Source: Bacillota bacterium (GTDB lineage: Bacteria > Bacillota_I > Bacilli_A > Acholeplasmatales > Acholeplasmataceae). Taken from it: a stretch of DNA of 38,903 nucleotides. Made by a program: the position numbers and the translations under genes. The DNA is taken from the NCBI GenBank assembly GCA_030830185.1, contig JAURNN010000025.1, forward strand, positions 1-38,903. The letters are read 5' to 3'. A model generated the notes under the pieces. That model did not search any database. It saw only the letters and a list, made by a program, of their open reading frames with translations, and was not told the origin of the DNA. Of the stretch, positions 24,779 to 35,008 are shown one piece after another (positions within the stretch are counted from its first letter, which is position 1; every line of letters starts with the position of its first letter).

Positions 24779-27376
24779 ATGGATGAATTAAATAAAGCAA
24801 GAGATCATGTTAAAGAAATAAACATCTCAAGTGAGATGAAAACGTCTTTTCTAAACTACGCAATGAGTGTCATTGTTTCCCGTGCGCTACCAGATGTTAG
24901 AGATGGTCTTAAGCCTGTTCAAAGACGTATATTATTCGCAATGAATGAACTTGGCATGACCGCCGATAAAGCACACAAAAAATCAGCACGTATCGTTGGT
25001 GAAGTTATTGGTAAATATCACCCACATGGTGAATCATCAGTCTATGAAGCAATGGTACGTATGGCACAACCTTTTAGTTACCGGATGCCACTTGTTGATG
25101 GTCATGGAAACTTTGGATCTGTTGATGGAGACGGAGCAGCAGCAATGCGCTATACCGAAGCAAGACTATCAAAACTCGCAGGACAACTAGTTAGAGATAT
25201 CGAAAAAAAAACTGTTAATTATATAGATAACTATGACGGTAGTGAAAAAGAGCCAGCAGTTCTACCAGCAAGATATCCAAACATACTCGTAAACGGATCT
25301 ACGGGGATTGCGGTTGGTATGGCAACCAATATTCCACCACACAACCTTACCGAAGTTATTGACGGACTCCTTGCATATATGGCAAATAAAGAGATTACAA
25401 CGCAAGAACTTATGGAATACGTCAAAGGCCCGGATTTCCCTACAGGAGGAGAAATTCTAGGAATCAGTGGATTGATACAAGCATACGAAACAGGTCGCGG
25501 CTCGATTGTAAACCGTGCAAGAACCGAAATTGTTGAAAATAAAAACAAATCATCGATCGTCGTCACAGCAATACCTTATCAAGTCAATAAAACAACACTT
25601 ATAGAACGTATTGCACAACTTGCAAAAGATAAAGTTGTTGACGGTATTACCGATTTGCGTGATGAATCTAACCGTAATGGTATGCGCGTTGTGATTGAAT
25701 TAAGACGCGATGTAAATGCACACGTCATGCTAAATAATTTATACAAACACACACAACTTCAACAATCGTTTAACTTTAACATGATTGCTTTGGATAAAGG
25801 CCAACCTAAAATGTTTTCACTTAAAGATATGTATGAAAAATATCTTGAACATCAACTTGAAATCATTTTAAGAAGAACCGTATTCGAACTTGAAAAAGCA
25901 GAAGCAAGACAACATATTGTTGAAGGTTTAATTAAAGCACTCAATGACATTGATCGTGCAATACAAATCATCAAACAATCTAAAACCGCCGAAGACGCAA
26001 GAGAAGCTTTAATGTCTGAATATGATATTGATGATGTTCAAGCGCGCGCAATTCTAGATACGAGACTTCAACGATTAACGGGACTTGAAATTGAAAAACT
26101 GCAACAAGAACACGAAGAACTAAAAAATAAAATCGTTGATTATAAAGACATTATTGCTAAAGATGAAAGAAAAATAGAAATCATTGAAGAAGAACTTCAA
26201 CAAATTAAAACGCAATTTCATGAACCGCGTTTAAGTGAAATCAACTTAAGTGACGATTTAACCATTGAAAATGAAGATTTAATTCCAGTTGAAGATGTCA
26301 TGATTACAATTACCAACAATGGCTATATTAAACGTATGAGTTTAGATCAATATAAAGCTCAAAACCGCGGTGGTGTTGGTATGGCCGGTATTAAAGTTCA
26401 CGAAGACGATTATGTTGAACACATTGATTTAACGTCAACTCACGATTTCCACTTATTTTTTACAAACACAGGACGTGTTTATAAAATAAAAGGATATCAA
26501 ATTCCACAAGGTTCGAGACAATCAAAAGGGTTGCCGTTAGTGAATTTGCTTGCGCTTAATCCAGATGAAAGACTTGCGTCAATGACGTGTGTAAAAAACT
26601 TTGATGACGAACAAGCAGCATTAACATTCGTGACCAAAAAAGGTATTGTAAAACGTACCCAAGTGTCTGAATTTAAAAACATACGTCAAAATGGGATCAT
26701 TGCGGTGAATCTAAGAGAAGACGACGAACTTCTTAATGTTTCATTGACTGATGGAGCTAAAGATATTATATTAGGTGCATCAAACGGTAAAGCGATCCGT
26801 TTTAACGAAGTGGACGTATCATCTGTTGGACGTACAGCAATTGGTGTAAAAGGGATGAGTTTAAATAGCGGAGACCATATTGTTGGTGTCGCAATTGTAG
26901 ATCCAAACAATGAGGAAGAAGACATTTTAGTTATTACTGAGAATGGTTTTGGTAAGCGTACAAAAGTTGACCAATATCGTGTTCAAAACCGTGGTGGTAA
27001 AGGTGTAAAAACCCTTAACGTGACTGAAAAAAATGGACCGTTAAAAACCCTTACTGTGGTTAAAAATGATCAAGACATTATTGTCGTTTCTGACCGTGGT
27101 GTTGTGATGAGAACAGAAGCATCTCAAATATCTACAACTCAACGCGCCACACAAGGTGTAAGAATTATTAAACTTAAAAATGATCAAAAAGTCTCTACGG
27201 TTGCAATTGTCCCACATCAAGAAATTGAAGAAGAAACACTTCAAATGCAAGAAGGTTTTGTTCAAGAGTCGCTTGATGTTGAAATAACACAAGTGTTACC
27301 AAACGTACAAGAATTAGATGCTGATATCGAAGAAGACATCGAAGATGAAACAAGCGATCAATTATTTGAAGACTAA
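24779..27376 (+). CDS. gyrA: DNA gyrase subunit A
   Basis: 865 aa. [52 protein letters not shown] (catalytic Tyr), C-terminal beta-pinwheel repeats and an acidic tail [19 protein letters not shown]. Confidence 0.97.
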   Translation: MDELNKARDHVKEINISSEMKTSFLNYAMSVIVSRALPDVRDGLKPVQRRILFAMNELGMTADKAHKKSARIVGEVIGKYHPHGESSVYEAMVRMAQPFSYRMPLVDGHGNFGSVDGDGAAAMRYTEARLSKLAGQLVRDIEKKTVNYIDNYDGSEKEPAVLPARYPNILVNGSTGIAVGMATNIPPHNLTEVIDGLLAYMANKEITTQELMEYVKGPDFPTGGEILGISGLIQAYETGRGSIVNRARTEIVENKNKSSIVVTAIPYQVNKTTLIERIAQLAKDKVVDGITDLRDESNRNGMRVVIELRRDVNAHVMLNNLYKHTQLQQSFNFNMIALDKGQPKMFSLKDMYEKYLEHQLEIILRRTVFELEKAEARQHIVEGLIKALNDIDRAIQIIKQSKTAEDAREALMSEYDIDDVQARAILDTRLQRLTGLEIEKLQQEHEELKNKIVDYKDIIAKDERKIEIIEEELQQIKTQFHEPRLSEINLSDDLTIENEDLIPVEDVMITITNNGYIKRMSLDQYKAQNRGGVGMAGIKVHEDDYVEHIDLTSTHDFHLFFTNTGRVYKIKGYQIPQGSRQSKGLPLVNLLALNPDERLASMTCVKNFDDEQAALTFVTKKGIVKRTQVSEFKNIRQNGIIAVNLREDDELLNVSLTDGAKDIILGASNGKAIRFNEVDVSSVGRTAIGVKGMSLNSGDHIVGVAIVDPNNEEEDILVITENGFGKRTKVDQYRVQNRGGKGVKTLNVTEKNGPLKTLTVVKNDQDIIVVSDRGVVMRTEASQISTTQRATQGVRIIKLKNDQKVSTVAIVPHQEIEEETLQMQEGFVQESLDVEITQVLPNVQELDADIEEDIEDETSDQLFED

Positions 27377-27385
27377 GGAGTTCTT

Positions 27386-28354
27386 ATGAAAGTACTAGTT
27401 GTAGGCGGCGCGGGTTATATTGGTAGTCATGCAGTTTTAGAACTTATAAAAAAACAGCACGAAGTGATTGTTTTTGATAATTTAACTTCTGGATTTGAAG
27501 ATATGGTCTCAGAACAGGCAACTTTGATTATTGGAGATATTCGCGATAAAAGTGCTCTAGATGCTGTCTTTAAAGAACACAATGATATCGATGTTGTGAT
27601 GCATTTTGCAGCTAAGATCGTCGTTCCAGAAAGTGTAGAAAAACCCTTAGAATATTACTCAAATAATGTAGAGGGTGTTCGTGTGTTACTTGAATCTATG
27701 CAAGAACACAACATCAAAAATATTGTTTTTTCTTCAACTGCAGCAGTTTACGGAGAAGCTTCTGGTGTGTGTTTTGAAGATGATCCAACACAACCAATTA
27801 ACCCATATGGTGAAACAAAACTGGCAACAGAACGCATGATCAAGTGGGTAACACAAGCGTACGGAATGAAATATTTAATTTTTAGATATTTTAATGTTGC
27901 TGGTGCAGATCAATCACTAAAAGTTGGTTTAAAAAAAGATCAACTTACCCATTTAATTCCAGTAGCGATACAAGCACTTATTGGTTTAAGAGAAAAACTT
28001 CTTATTTATGGTGATGATTATGATACCGAAGATGGTACATGTGTTCGTGACTACATTCATGTTTCAGACTTAGCTTACGCACATGTTTTAGGTGCAACAT
28101 ACCTTAAAGATGGTGGTCAATCTACAACCATCAACTTAGGTTCTAATCAAGGATACTCAGTATTAGATGTTGCTAAAACCGTTCAAAAAATAGGTGACAT
28201 GACTTATGAAATTACAGAGAGAAGACCCGGTGATCCAGCAAAACTCATCGCATCTAATGAAAAAGCAAAAAAACTGCTTCATTGGGAGCCGAAATATGGA
28301 CTCGAAGATATCGTGAACTCAGATTTTGAATTTAGAAAAACATTAAAAAAATAA
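27386..28354 (+). CDS. galE: UDP-glucose 4-epimerase
   Basis: 322 aa. GGAGYIGSH Rossmann motif, SSTAAVYGE, and YGETKLATE as the YxxxK motif. Confidence 0.9.
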   Translation: MKVLVVGGAGYIGSHAVLELIKKQHEVIVFDNLTSGFEDMVSEQATLIIGDIRDKSALDAVFKEHNDIDVVMHFAAKIVVPESVEKPLEYYSNNVEGVRVLLESMQEHNIKNIVFSSTAAVYGEASGVCFEDDPTQPINPYGETKLATERMIKWVTQAYGMKYLIFRYFNVAGADQSLKVGLKKDQLTHLIPVAIQALIGLREKLLIYGDDYDTEDGTCVRDYIHVSDLAYAHVLGATYLKDGGQSTTINLGSNQGYSVLDVAKTVQKIGDMTYEITERRPGDPAKLIASNEKAKKLLHWEPKYGLEDIVNSDFEFRKTLKK

Positions 28355-28379
28355 GAAGCGCGAAAGCGCCTCTTTTTTT
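28355..28379 (+). terminator. Intrinsic terminator between convergent galE and uppP
   Basis: GAAGCGC-GAAA-GCGCCTC (7-bp stem, one mismatch) followed by T7. A-rich on the other side, so it may work in both directions. Confidence 0.65.
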
Positions 28380-28402
28380 ATAAACATTTACATGCAAACG
28401 AA

Positions 28403-29203
28403 TTAAATAAAATAAATAAATAATGAAATCAAGCCTACAATAAAACAATAAATTGAAAAATAAATTAAATTTTTTACTTTTACATAGTGATAAAACCAAC
28501 GTACAGCATAATAACTAAAAACAAAACTTAAGACAAAGGATATTCCATAACCCAATAAATTAATAGACTCATTGGCCTCTGACAAACGAATAAAACCTAA
28601 GATAGAAACAGGGACAGAAATCATAATGTAACTTAAGAAAGAAAACTTCATCGCATCCTTAAGGGGTAATTTTTGACTTAATCCACCAACTAAGGTAATT
28701 CCACTTCTAGAAATTCCCGGAACCACGGCAAACATCTGAAACAAACCGATGGCAATCGCATTTTGAAATCCAACATTTTTATTATATTCAAAATGACGAC
28801 CCAAATAGATAATCAATAAAAGCGTACCAGTGATTAATAAAGCAATAGAGGTTGTAAATAAATCATTAGGTAATGCATTTTCAAAAAGTAAACCAGCAAT
28901 TCCAACGGGAATAACCGCAATCCCAACTTTTACCACATATAAAAAATCATCTTTAAAGTTATGGTCATTCTTAATCACAAATCGATACGTTGAGTTTACT
29001 AAACCAGTGACATCTTTTCTAAAGAAAAACAAGATTGCTAAAAACGACCCTGTATTGGTTAGCATTAAAAAAACAGTAAGATTATCTAAGTTCATTCCTA
29101 AAAAATGGCTAAATAAAGTCAAATGACCACTGCTGGATACAGGAAGAATTTCAGTTATTCCTTGGATGATTCCCAGTATCACATATTTTAACAATTCCCA
29201 CAT
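28403..29203 (-). CDS. uppP: Undecaprenyl-diphosphate phosphatase (BacA/UppP)
   Basis: 266 aa and polytopic. GIIQGITEILPVSSSGHL and PGISRSGITLVGG motifs. Confidence 0.9.
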   Translation of the reverse strand: MWELLKYVILGIIQGITEILPVSSSGHLTLFSHFLGMNLDNLTVFLMLTNTGSFLAILFFFRKDVTGLVNSTYRFVIKNDHNFKDDFLYVVKVGIAVIPVGIAGLLFENALPNDLFTTSIALLITGTLLLIIYLGRHFEYNKNVGFQNAIAIGLFQMFAVVPGISRSGITLVGGLSQKLPLKDAMKFSFLSYIMISVPVSILGFIRLSEANESINLLGYGISFVLSFVFSYYAVRWFYHYVKVKNLIYFSIYCFIVGLISLFIYFI

Positions 29204-29298
29204 AAAATCCTCTTCTCGATACGATTATAACATATTAAAATCACATAATTGTGCTAAAATAGAGTTAATCATGACATTCCAATAAGAAAGGACTTTTT

Positions 29299-30159
29299 AT
29301 GATAAAAAAAGCGGTCATCCCGGCAGCAGGTTATGGAACAAGATTTTTACCAATCACAAAAGCGATTCCAAAAGAAATGTTGCCGATTATTGATAGACCA
29401 ACAATAGAATTTATTGTTAACGAAGCAAAAGAAAGCGGCATTGAAGATATTTTAATCATTGTAAGTAGCAATAAAAACGCAATCGTTGATTATTTTGACT
29501 ATAATATTGAACTTGAAACCATACTTAAATCAAAAGGAAAAGAAGAACTTTATCAAAAAGTTCACAAAATTGCTGAAGGTGTCAACATCTTTTTTGTGAG
29601 ACAAAAAGAACAACTAGGTCTTGGACACGCCGTTTTACAAGCAGAAGCGTTTGTTGGAAACGAACCTTTTGCGGTCCTTCTGGGAGATGATTTATATGTG
29701 GGAAAAGAAAAACCAGCACTAAGAGAACTCATGGATGTTTACGAAGATAAAAAACGTTCTGTGTTAGGAACCATGGAAGTTACATTAGAAAACACGTCTA
29801 AATACGGAATATGTGATCCGATCAATACAGAAGGAAACGTGATGCTCTTAAAAGGTGTTGTTGAAAAGCCAAACCCAAAAGACGCACCTTCAAGACATGC
29901 CATTGGTGGAAGGTACATTCTTTCTCCGGCTATTTTTAACAGCTTAAAGACTCAAGAGAAAGGTGTTGGAGGAGAAATTCAGCTTACAGATGCCATTTTA
30001 AATCTTATGAAAAAAGAAGATGTATACGCAGCATCATTACAAGCAAAAAGATATGATGTTGGATCAAAAATAGACTACATTGAAGCAATCATTGACTTTG
30101 CATTAAAAGACGAGACACTAAGACCTGATATAATCAAACTCTTAAAACAAAAAGGATAA
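29299..30159 (+). CDS. galU: UTP--glucose-1-phosphate uridylyltransferase
   Basis: 286 aa. KAVIPAAGYGTRFLPITKAIPKEMLPI, VRQKEQLGLGHAV, LLGDD. Confidence 0.92.
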   Translation: MIKKAVIPAAGYGTRFLPITKAIPKEMLPIIDRPTIEFIVNEAKESGIEDILIIVSSNKNAIVDYFDYNIELETILKSKGKEELYQKVHKIAEGVNIFFVRQKEQLGLGHAVLQAEAFVGNEPFAVLLGDDLYVGKEKPALRELMDVYEDKKRSVLGTMEVTLENTSKYGICDPINTEGNVMLLKGVVEKPNPKDAPSRHAIGGRYILSPAIFNSLKTQEKGVGGEIQLTDAILNLMKKEDVYAASLQAKRYDVGSKIDYIEAIIDFALKDETLRPDIIKLLKQKG

Positions 30160-30163
30160 CTCT

Positions 30164-31438
30164 ATGTTAGATTTAAAATACATCGTTGAAAACATCGATA
30201 CCGTCATCAAAAAACTAAATACACGGGGTCAAGACTTTTCGTATTTGAAAGAACTTGTTTCGCTTTCTGAAACACGAAAAAATATTATTTTAGACGTAGA
30301 AGCAAAAAAAGCATTTCGTAACGAGACGTCTAAAAAAATTGGTGAACTTAAACGTTTAAATCAAGATGCCACAGAAATACTAAAACACGTAGAATCTATT
30401 GGTGATGACATTAAACAGTTAGACCAACAACTACTAGAAGTGGATGACACAATCAAAGAAATACTACTCAATACACCCAATCTCCCAAGCGACTCAACGC
30501 CAGTTGGTAAGGATGAACATGATAATGTTGAAGTTAAAACCTATCTAGAACCAACGACATTTTCTTTTGAACCCAAAGATCATGTTGAGTTAGGAACAAA
30601 ACTTGGTATTTTAGATTTTGATCGTGCCGCTAAAATTACAGGTAGTCGGTTTGTTGTTGATAAAGGACTAGGTGCAAGATTAGAACGCGCACTCCTTCAA
30701 TTTATGATGGACACACATACCCTTGAACACGGATATACTGAAATGATCCTTCCTTATATCGTGAATGAAGCATCGATGATTGCAACAGGACAATTCCCTA
30801 AATTTAAAGACGAAGCTTTTAAAATAGAGTTAGAAGACAGAAATTGGTATTTAAATCCAACCGCAGAAGTTCCCTCAATCAATTATTACCGCGATGAAAT
30901 CATCAACGAGCCCCTACCTATTAAATTTGTATCATATACAACAGCATTTAGATCTGAAGCTGGATCTGCTGGAAAAGATACAAAAGGTATTTTAAGACAA
31001 CACCAGTTTCATAAAGTAGAACTCATTCAATTTACCAAACCAGAAGATTCTTATGAAGCGTTAGAAACCATGTTATTACATTCTGAAAAAATTCTTCAAA
31101 AACTACAACTTCCCTATCGTGTAGTTGCACTATGTACCGGTGACATGGGTTTTGGAATGGCGAAGACATACGATATAGAAGTGTATTTACCAGGTCAACA
31201 ACGTTATCGTGAAATAGGTTCAATTTCAAACGCTGAAGACTATCAATCAAGAAGAGGAAGCATTCGTTTTAAAAGAACCCCCGACTCTAAAGCAGAATAT
31301 GTTCATACCTTAAATGGATCAGGACTTGCGATAGGACGCACCATGATTGCAATTATTGAAAATTATCAAAATGAAGACGGAACCATTACCGTACCAGAAG
31401 TGCTCATACCATATATGCACACCAAAGTCATTTCCTAA
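30164..31438 (+). CDS. serS: Serine--tRNA ligase
   Basis: 424 aa. N-terminal coiled-coil arm, class-II motifs FRSEAGSAGKDTKGILRQHQFHKVE and GSGLAIGRTMIAIIEN. Confidence 0.95.
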   Translation: MLDLKYIVENIDTVIKKLNTRGQDFSYLKELVSLSETRKNIILDVEAKKAFRNETSKKIGELKRLNQDATEILKHVESIGDDIKQLDQQLLEVDDTIKEILLNTPNLPSDSTPVGKDEHDNVEVKTYLEPTTFSFEPKDHVELGTKLGILDFDRAAKITGSRFVVDKGLGARLERALLQFMMDTHTLEHGYTEMILPYIVNEASMIATGQFPKFKDEAFKIELEDRNWYLNPTAEVPSINYYRDEIINEPLPIKFVSYTTAFRSEAGSAGKDTKGILRQHQFHKVELIQFTKPEDSYEALETMLLHSEKILQKLQLPYRVVALCTGDMGFGMAKTYDIEVYLPGQQRYREIGSISNAEDYQSRRGSIRFKRTPDSKAEYVHTLNGSGLAIGRTMIAIIENYQNEDGTITVPEVLIPYMHTKVIS

Positions 31439-31453
31439 AAAAAGGAGGAAAAT

Positions 31454-32107
31454 ATGACCATAGTTTATGTAGAAGATGCATACGAATTATCAGAAATTAT
31501 AAGAAAATACCTACAAAGAGAAGGCTATTTAGTTAACGTTTATGATAATGGCGAAGACGCGTTAGAAATGCTAGATGAGACTGTAGATTTGTGGATTTTA
31601 GACATCATGCTTAAAGGCGAGATCACAGGATATGATCTTATTAAAAAAATTAAAGAGAAAAATCCAAAACAAGCCATTATGTTTACTTCAGCAAGAGACC
31701 AAGACATTGATAAAATTGTCGGACTCGAACTTGGAAGTGATGATTACTTAGCAAAACCATTTTCACCGAAAGAACTCATGTTACGTGTTCAAGCAATTTT
31801 AAGAAGAACTCACCCTAATGCTGAGGGTGTGATTGAATATGCACCGTACATCATTGATACCAATAAAAGACAAATTCACGAGGGTGAAGTTCTTATTGAC
31901 CTCACAAATAAAGAATTTGAAATGCTCGCATATTTTTTAAATCACCCAAATACACCACTTGAAAGAAATGCGATATTAAAACACGTTTGGGGAGATAATT
32001 ACTACGGTAGTGACCGTGTTGTAGACGATTTATTAAGACGTTTAAGACAAAAAATGCCAGATTTAAAAATTGAAACCATTTATGGTTTCGGTTATCGGAT
32101 GTTATGA
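31454..32107 (+). CDS. OmpR/PhoB-family response regulator
   Basis: 217 aa. Receiver domain (DLWILDIMLKG phospho-Asp context, KPFSPKEL) and winged-helix output domain (LTNKEFEMLAYFL...GFGYRM). RBS AAGGAGGA. Confidence 0.9.
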   Translation: MTIVYVEDAYELSEIIRKYLQREGYLVNVYDNGEDALEMLDETVDLWILDIMLKGEITGYDLIKKIKEKNPKQAIMFTSARDQDIDKIVGLELGSDDYLAKPFSPKELMLRVQAILRRTHPNAEGVIEYAPYIIDTNKRQIHEGEVLIDLTNKEFEMLAYFLNHPNTPLERNAILKHVWGDNYYGSDRVVDDLLRRLRQKMPDLKIETIYGFGYRML

Positions 32108-33393
32108 AAAGATTAAGACTTTCAACCCAGTTTTATATTATTTTTACGGTTGTTATTTTACTTACAAGTTTGTTTTTCACGCTTGGCATGAATTATGTCT
32201 TTGAAGATTTTAGATCAGAACAAAACCGTAATCAATTAGCGACCTATGCAAACAATGTATTTGATGCCTATTTAAATAAAGGACTTGACAGTCCTTTTTT
32301 AAGAAGCGATCATAACGGGTACATCATTTATGAAGACGGCATAAAAATTTATGATTCTCAATTTCAAATCATTGATAGTGTCTATACGAATAGACAACTT
32401 TATTTAAGAATGAATACATGGTTAAGTAATGAGAAAACAGAGACATTTGGAGAAGATACGTATTATTTTCATCTAACTAGATTTCAAAACGATGTCCTCA
32501 TCGTTACCTTTACAGATAGTTCATACTTGGAAAACCTTGGAACATCCTTTAACGTGATCTTAAGAATTAGTTTTATTTCACTTGTTTTGCTTGGAAATAC
32601 AACGATACTAGTTTGGTCTAGAATCATATTAGATCGTATTAGAAAACTTCAAGGAGAAGTGACAAAATTATCAGCAAATAATTACCATGTCCCAATTGAA
32701 GTCGTTGGTGAAGATGAGATCTCTGAACTTGCCAATCGTATTGAAACCATGAGAAAAGAAATTGAATCAAATGAAAAAACAAAACAAGAAATGATTCAAA
32801 ATATTTCACACGACTTTAAAACCCCAATTGCTGTTATCCAATCTTATGCAGAAGCGATACGTGATGGCATTGCTGATATTGAGGACACTAACATTATTAC
32901 AAAACAAGCAGACATTTTAAATCATAAAGTCAAACAACTCATTGAACTTACGAAACTTGAACACGCTTTGACAGAACAAGACCGGTCACACATTCGAGTT
33001 AGCGAAGTCATCGAGCATATTTATGACCAACAAAAATTTAGAAGAGATGACATTCAATTTGTGTTAGATTTAGATGATTCAACTTACTACGGCGTCTATG
33101 ATTATTTCTTTTCAGCGTTTTCAAATATTGTTGATAACATGTTAAGATACGCGAAAACAACCATTCAAATCACACTCAAAAACAATATTCTCACATTTGA
33201 AAATGATGGTGATCACATTGAAGAGAAACTTATTCACACATTGTTTAAACCTTATGAAAAAGGCCCAAAAGGGCAATTTGGTCTTGGATTATCTATTGTA
33301 AAAAGAACAATGGATTTATTTCATTTTTCAATTGAAGTCTATAACACAAAAGATGGTGTTGGGTTTAAAATAATACCGCTTGAATCCTTGTAA
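32104..33393 (+). CDS. Sensor histidine kinase with 2 TM helices and an external loop of about 115 aa
   Basis: 429 aa. H-box ISHDFKTPIAVIQSY, N-box IVDNMLRYA, G-boxes ENDGDHI and GLGLSIVKR. ATGA overlap with the regulator gene. Confidence 0.9.
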   Translation: MKRLRLSTQFYIIFTVVILLTSLFFTLGMNYVFEDFRSEQNRNQLATYANNVFDAYLNKGLDSPFLRSDHNGYIIYEDGIKIYDSQFQIIDSVYTNRQLYLRMNTWLSNEKTETFGEDTYYFHLTRFQNDVLIVTFTDSSYLENLGTSFNVILRISFISLVLLGNTTILVWSRIILDRIRKLQGEVTKLSANNYHVPIEVVGEDEISELANRIETMRKEIESNEKTKQEMIQNISHDFKTPIAVIQSYAEAIRDGIADIEDTNIITKQADILNHKVKQLIELTKLEHALTEQDRSHIRVSEVIEHIYDQQKFRRDDIQFVLDLDDSTYYGVYDYFFSAFSNIVDNMLRYAKTTIQITLKNNILTFENDGDHIEEKLIHTLFKPYEKGPKGQFGLGLSIVKRTMDLFHFSIEVYNTKDGVGFKIIPLESL

Positions 33394-33772
33394 GTAAGGA
33401 TTCAAAATTTTTATCTTGAGTGTTAGGCAAAAACGCAAGTGTCACATCATTAGAATCGTATCTTGGAAGCACATGTAAATGAACGTGAAATACTGTTTGA
33501 CCCGAAACCTCACCAACATTACTTAAGAAATTAAATCCCTTTGGACTTAAGCTTTGTTTTAATGCCTTCGCAATTTTCTTCGCAACAACAAACATATGAG
33601 ATAAAACTTCATCTGGTGTTTCTAAGACATCAGCAAAAGCTTCTTTAGAAACAACAAGCGTATGTCCTTTTGTTGCTTGTGAAATGTCTAAAAACGCCAT
33701 GACAAGTTCATCTTCATACACCATATATGATGGGATTTCTTTGTCTCGTATTTTTTCAAAAATTGTTTTCAT
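33365..33772 (-). CDS. HIT-family (histidine triad) nucleotide hydrolase/transferase
   Basis: 135 aa. IFEKIRDKEIPS..., DISQATKGHTLVV, histidine triad GQTVFHVHLHVLPR. Confidence 0.9.
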   Translation of the reverse strand: MKTIFEKIRDKEIPSYMVYEDELVMAFLDISQATKGHTLVVSKEAFADVLETPDEVLSHMFVVAKKIAKALKQSLSPKGFNFLSNVGEVSGQTVFHVHLHVLPRYDSNDVTLAFLPNTQDKNFESLLTRIQAVLF

Positions 33773-33811
33773 AATTACCTCTTATGGCTTTATTGTAGCA
33801 TAGTTTTTGTT

Positions 33812-33839
33812 TTGAAAATACACTTTATTATGTTAATAT
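33812..33839 (+). promoter_or_regulatory. Promoter of pduL
   Basis: TTGAAA (33812-33817), a 16-nt spacer, then TAATAT (33834-33839) preceded by TGt (extended -10). Confidence 0.55.
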
Positions 33840-33858
33840 ATTTAAGAAAGGTGAACAC

Positions 33859-34449
33859 ATGAAAAAAATACCACTAGGCATATCAGGACGTCATGTCCAC
33901 GTTACACAAGCTCATTTAGAGACGTTATTTGGTAAAGGTTACGAACTTACAGAATTTAAACCTTTGTCTCAACCTGGACAATATGCAGCTAACGAAAAAG
34001 TTGATGTTGTTTCACCAAAAGGAAATGTGATTAAAGGCGTTCGTATATTAGGACCCGTTCGACCTGCTTCACAAGTTGAAATTTCAAGAAGCGATGCACT
34101 TCGAGGAGGATTTATTGCTCCAGTTCGATCTTCAGGCGATGTTAAAGGAAGCGGACCTTGTACACTTGTTGGACCCGAAGGAAGTGTTGAATTAGAAGAA
34201 GGTGTGATCATTGCTGATAGACACATCCACTTTTCACTAGAAGATGCAGAAGCATTTGGAGTCTCAAATGGAGATATCGTCTCTATTTTAGTAGAAGGTG
34301 AAAAACCGGGACTTTTAGGAAACGTGTTATGCCGTGTTTCTAAAAGCTATGCACTTGATTGTCATTTAGATACAGATGATGGTAGCGCGTTTATGCTCAA
34401 TACTGGTGATCAAGCAACACTTGTAAAAACATACGAGATTAAATCATAG
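33859..34449 (+). CDS. pduL: PduL-type phosphate acyltransferase (phosphotransacylase)
   Basis: 196 aa. IPLGISGRHVHVTQAHLETLFG, VRILGPVRPASQVEISRSDA, and a second half with ADRHIHFSLEDAEAFG...LDCHLDTDD, typical of the duplicated PduL fold. Confidence 0.8.
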   Translation: MKKIPLGISGRHVHVTQAHLETLFGKGYELTEFKPLSQPGQYAANEKVDVVSPKGNVIKGVRILGPVRPASQVEISRSDALRGGFIAPVRSSGDVKGSGPCTLVGPEGSVELEEGVIIADRHIHFSLEDAEAFGVSNGDIVSILVEGEKPGLLGNVLCRVSKSYALDCHLDTDDGSAFMLNTGDQATLVKTYEIKS

Positions 34450-34470
34450 TGCCTAAAGCGGCACTTTTTT
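34448..34470 (+). terminator. Intrinsic terminator after pduL
   Basis: AGTGCC-taaagc-GGCACT followed by T6. It overlaps the pduL stop codon. Confidence 0.6.
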
Positions 34471-34474
34471 GTAT

Positions 34475-35008
34475 ATGAAAAAAACATTATTTGTTGTTGA
34501 AGGTATACACGACGAACATCACTTAAAGGCGTTATATCCAAACATTGAAACCATTTCGGTTGGCGGAAGTGCCATGATAAAAGAAAGTCTTGATTTTTTA
34601 ATCAAATATCAAGATGATTTTGAAATTGTTTTACTTTTTGATCCAGATTATCCTGGAGAAAAAATAAGAAAACAAGTTTCAGATAAACTCAAAGAACCAA
34701 GACATATCTATATCGATCAAAGCATTGCGAAATATAAAAGAAAAATTGGAATTGAACACGTTTCTAAAGCGCATTTAGATGAAGCACTTCAACATATTAT
34801 GATCCAAAGTTATGAAACTACACTATCAAAAGAAGCGTATATTGATCTTGGTTTAGAGGGTCATAAAGAAGCAAAACAAAGAAGACTAAAAGTTACTAAA
34901 GAACTTCATCTTGGTTATGCAAATGCAAAAACACTGTACAAAAGACTTAATTTAATAGGAAAGACAAAAGAAGATATCCAAAGGATTATATATGGCGCAT
35001 CAATTTAA
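34475..35008 (+). CDS. rnmV: Ribonuclease M5 (Toprim domain)
   Basis: LFVVEGIHDEHHLKALYPNIETISVGGSAM...LLFDPDYPGEKIR. ATG 34475 is preferred over the ORF-track TTG at 34469, which lies in the terminator T-run. No clear RBS for either. Confidence 0.8.
   Translation: MKKTLFVVEGIHDEHHLKALYPNIETISVGGSAMIKESLDFLIKYQDDFEIVLLFDPDYPGEKIRKQVSDKLKEPRHIYIDQSIAKYKRKIGIEHVSKAHLDEALQHIMIQSYETTLSKEAYIDLGLEGHKEAKQRRLKVTKELHLGYANAKTLYKRLNLIGKTKEDIQRIIYGASI

Noticed and set aside
27290-27376. The acidic C-terminal tail of GyrA ([19 protein letters not shown]), considered as a novelty.
   Set aside because: Acidic GyrA tails are known in other bacteria, for example E. coli, so it is not distinctive.
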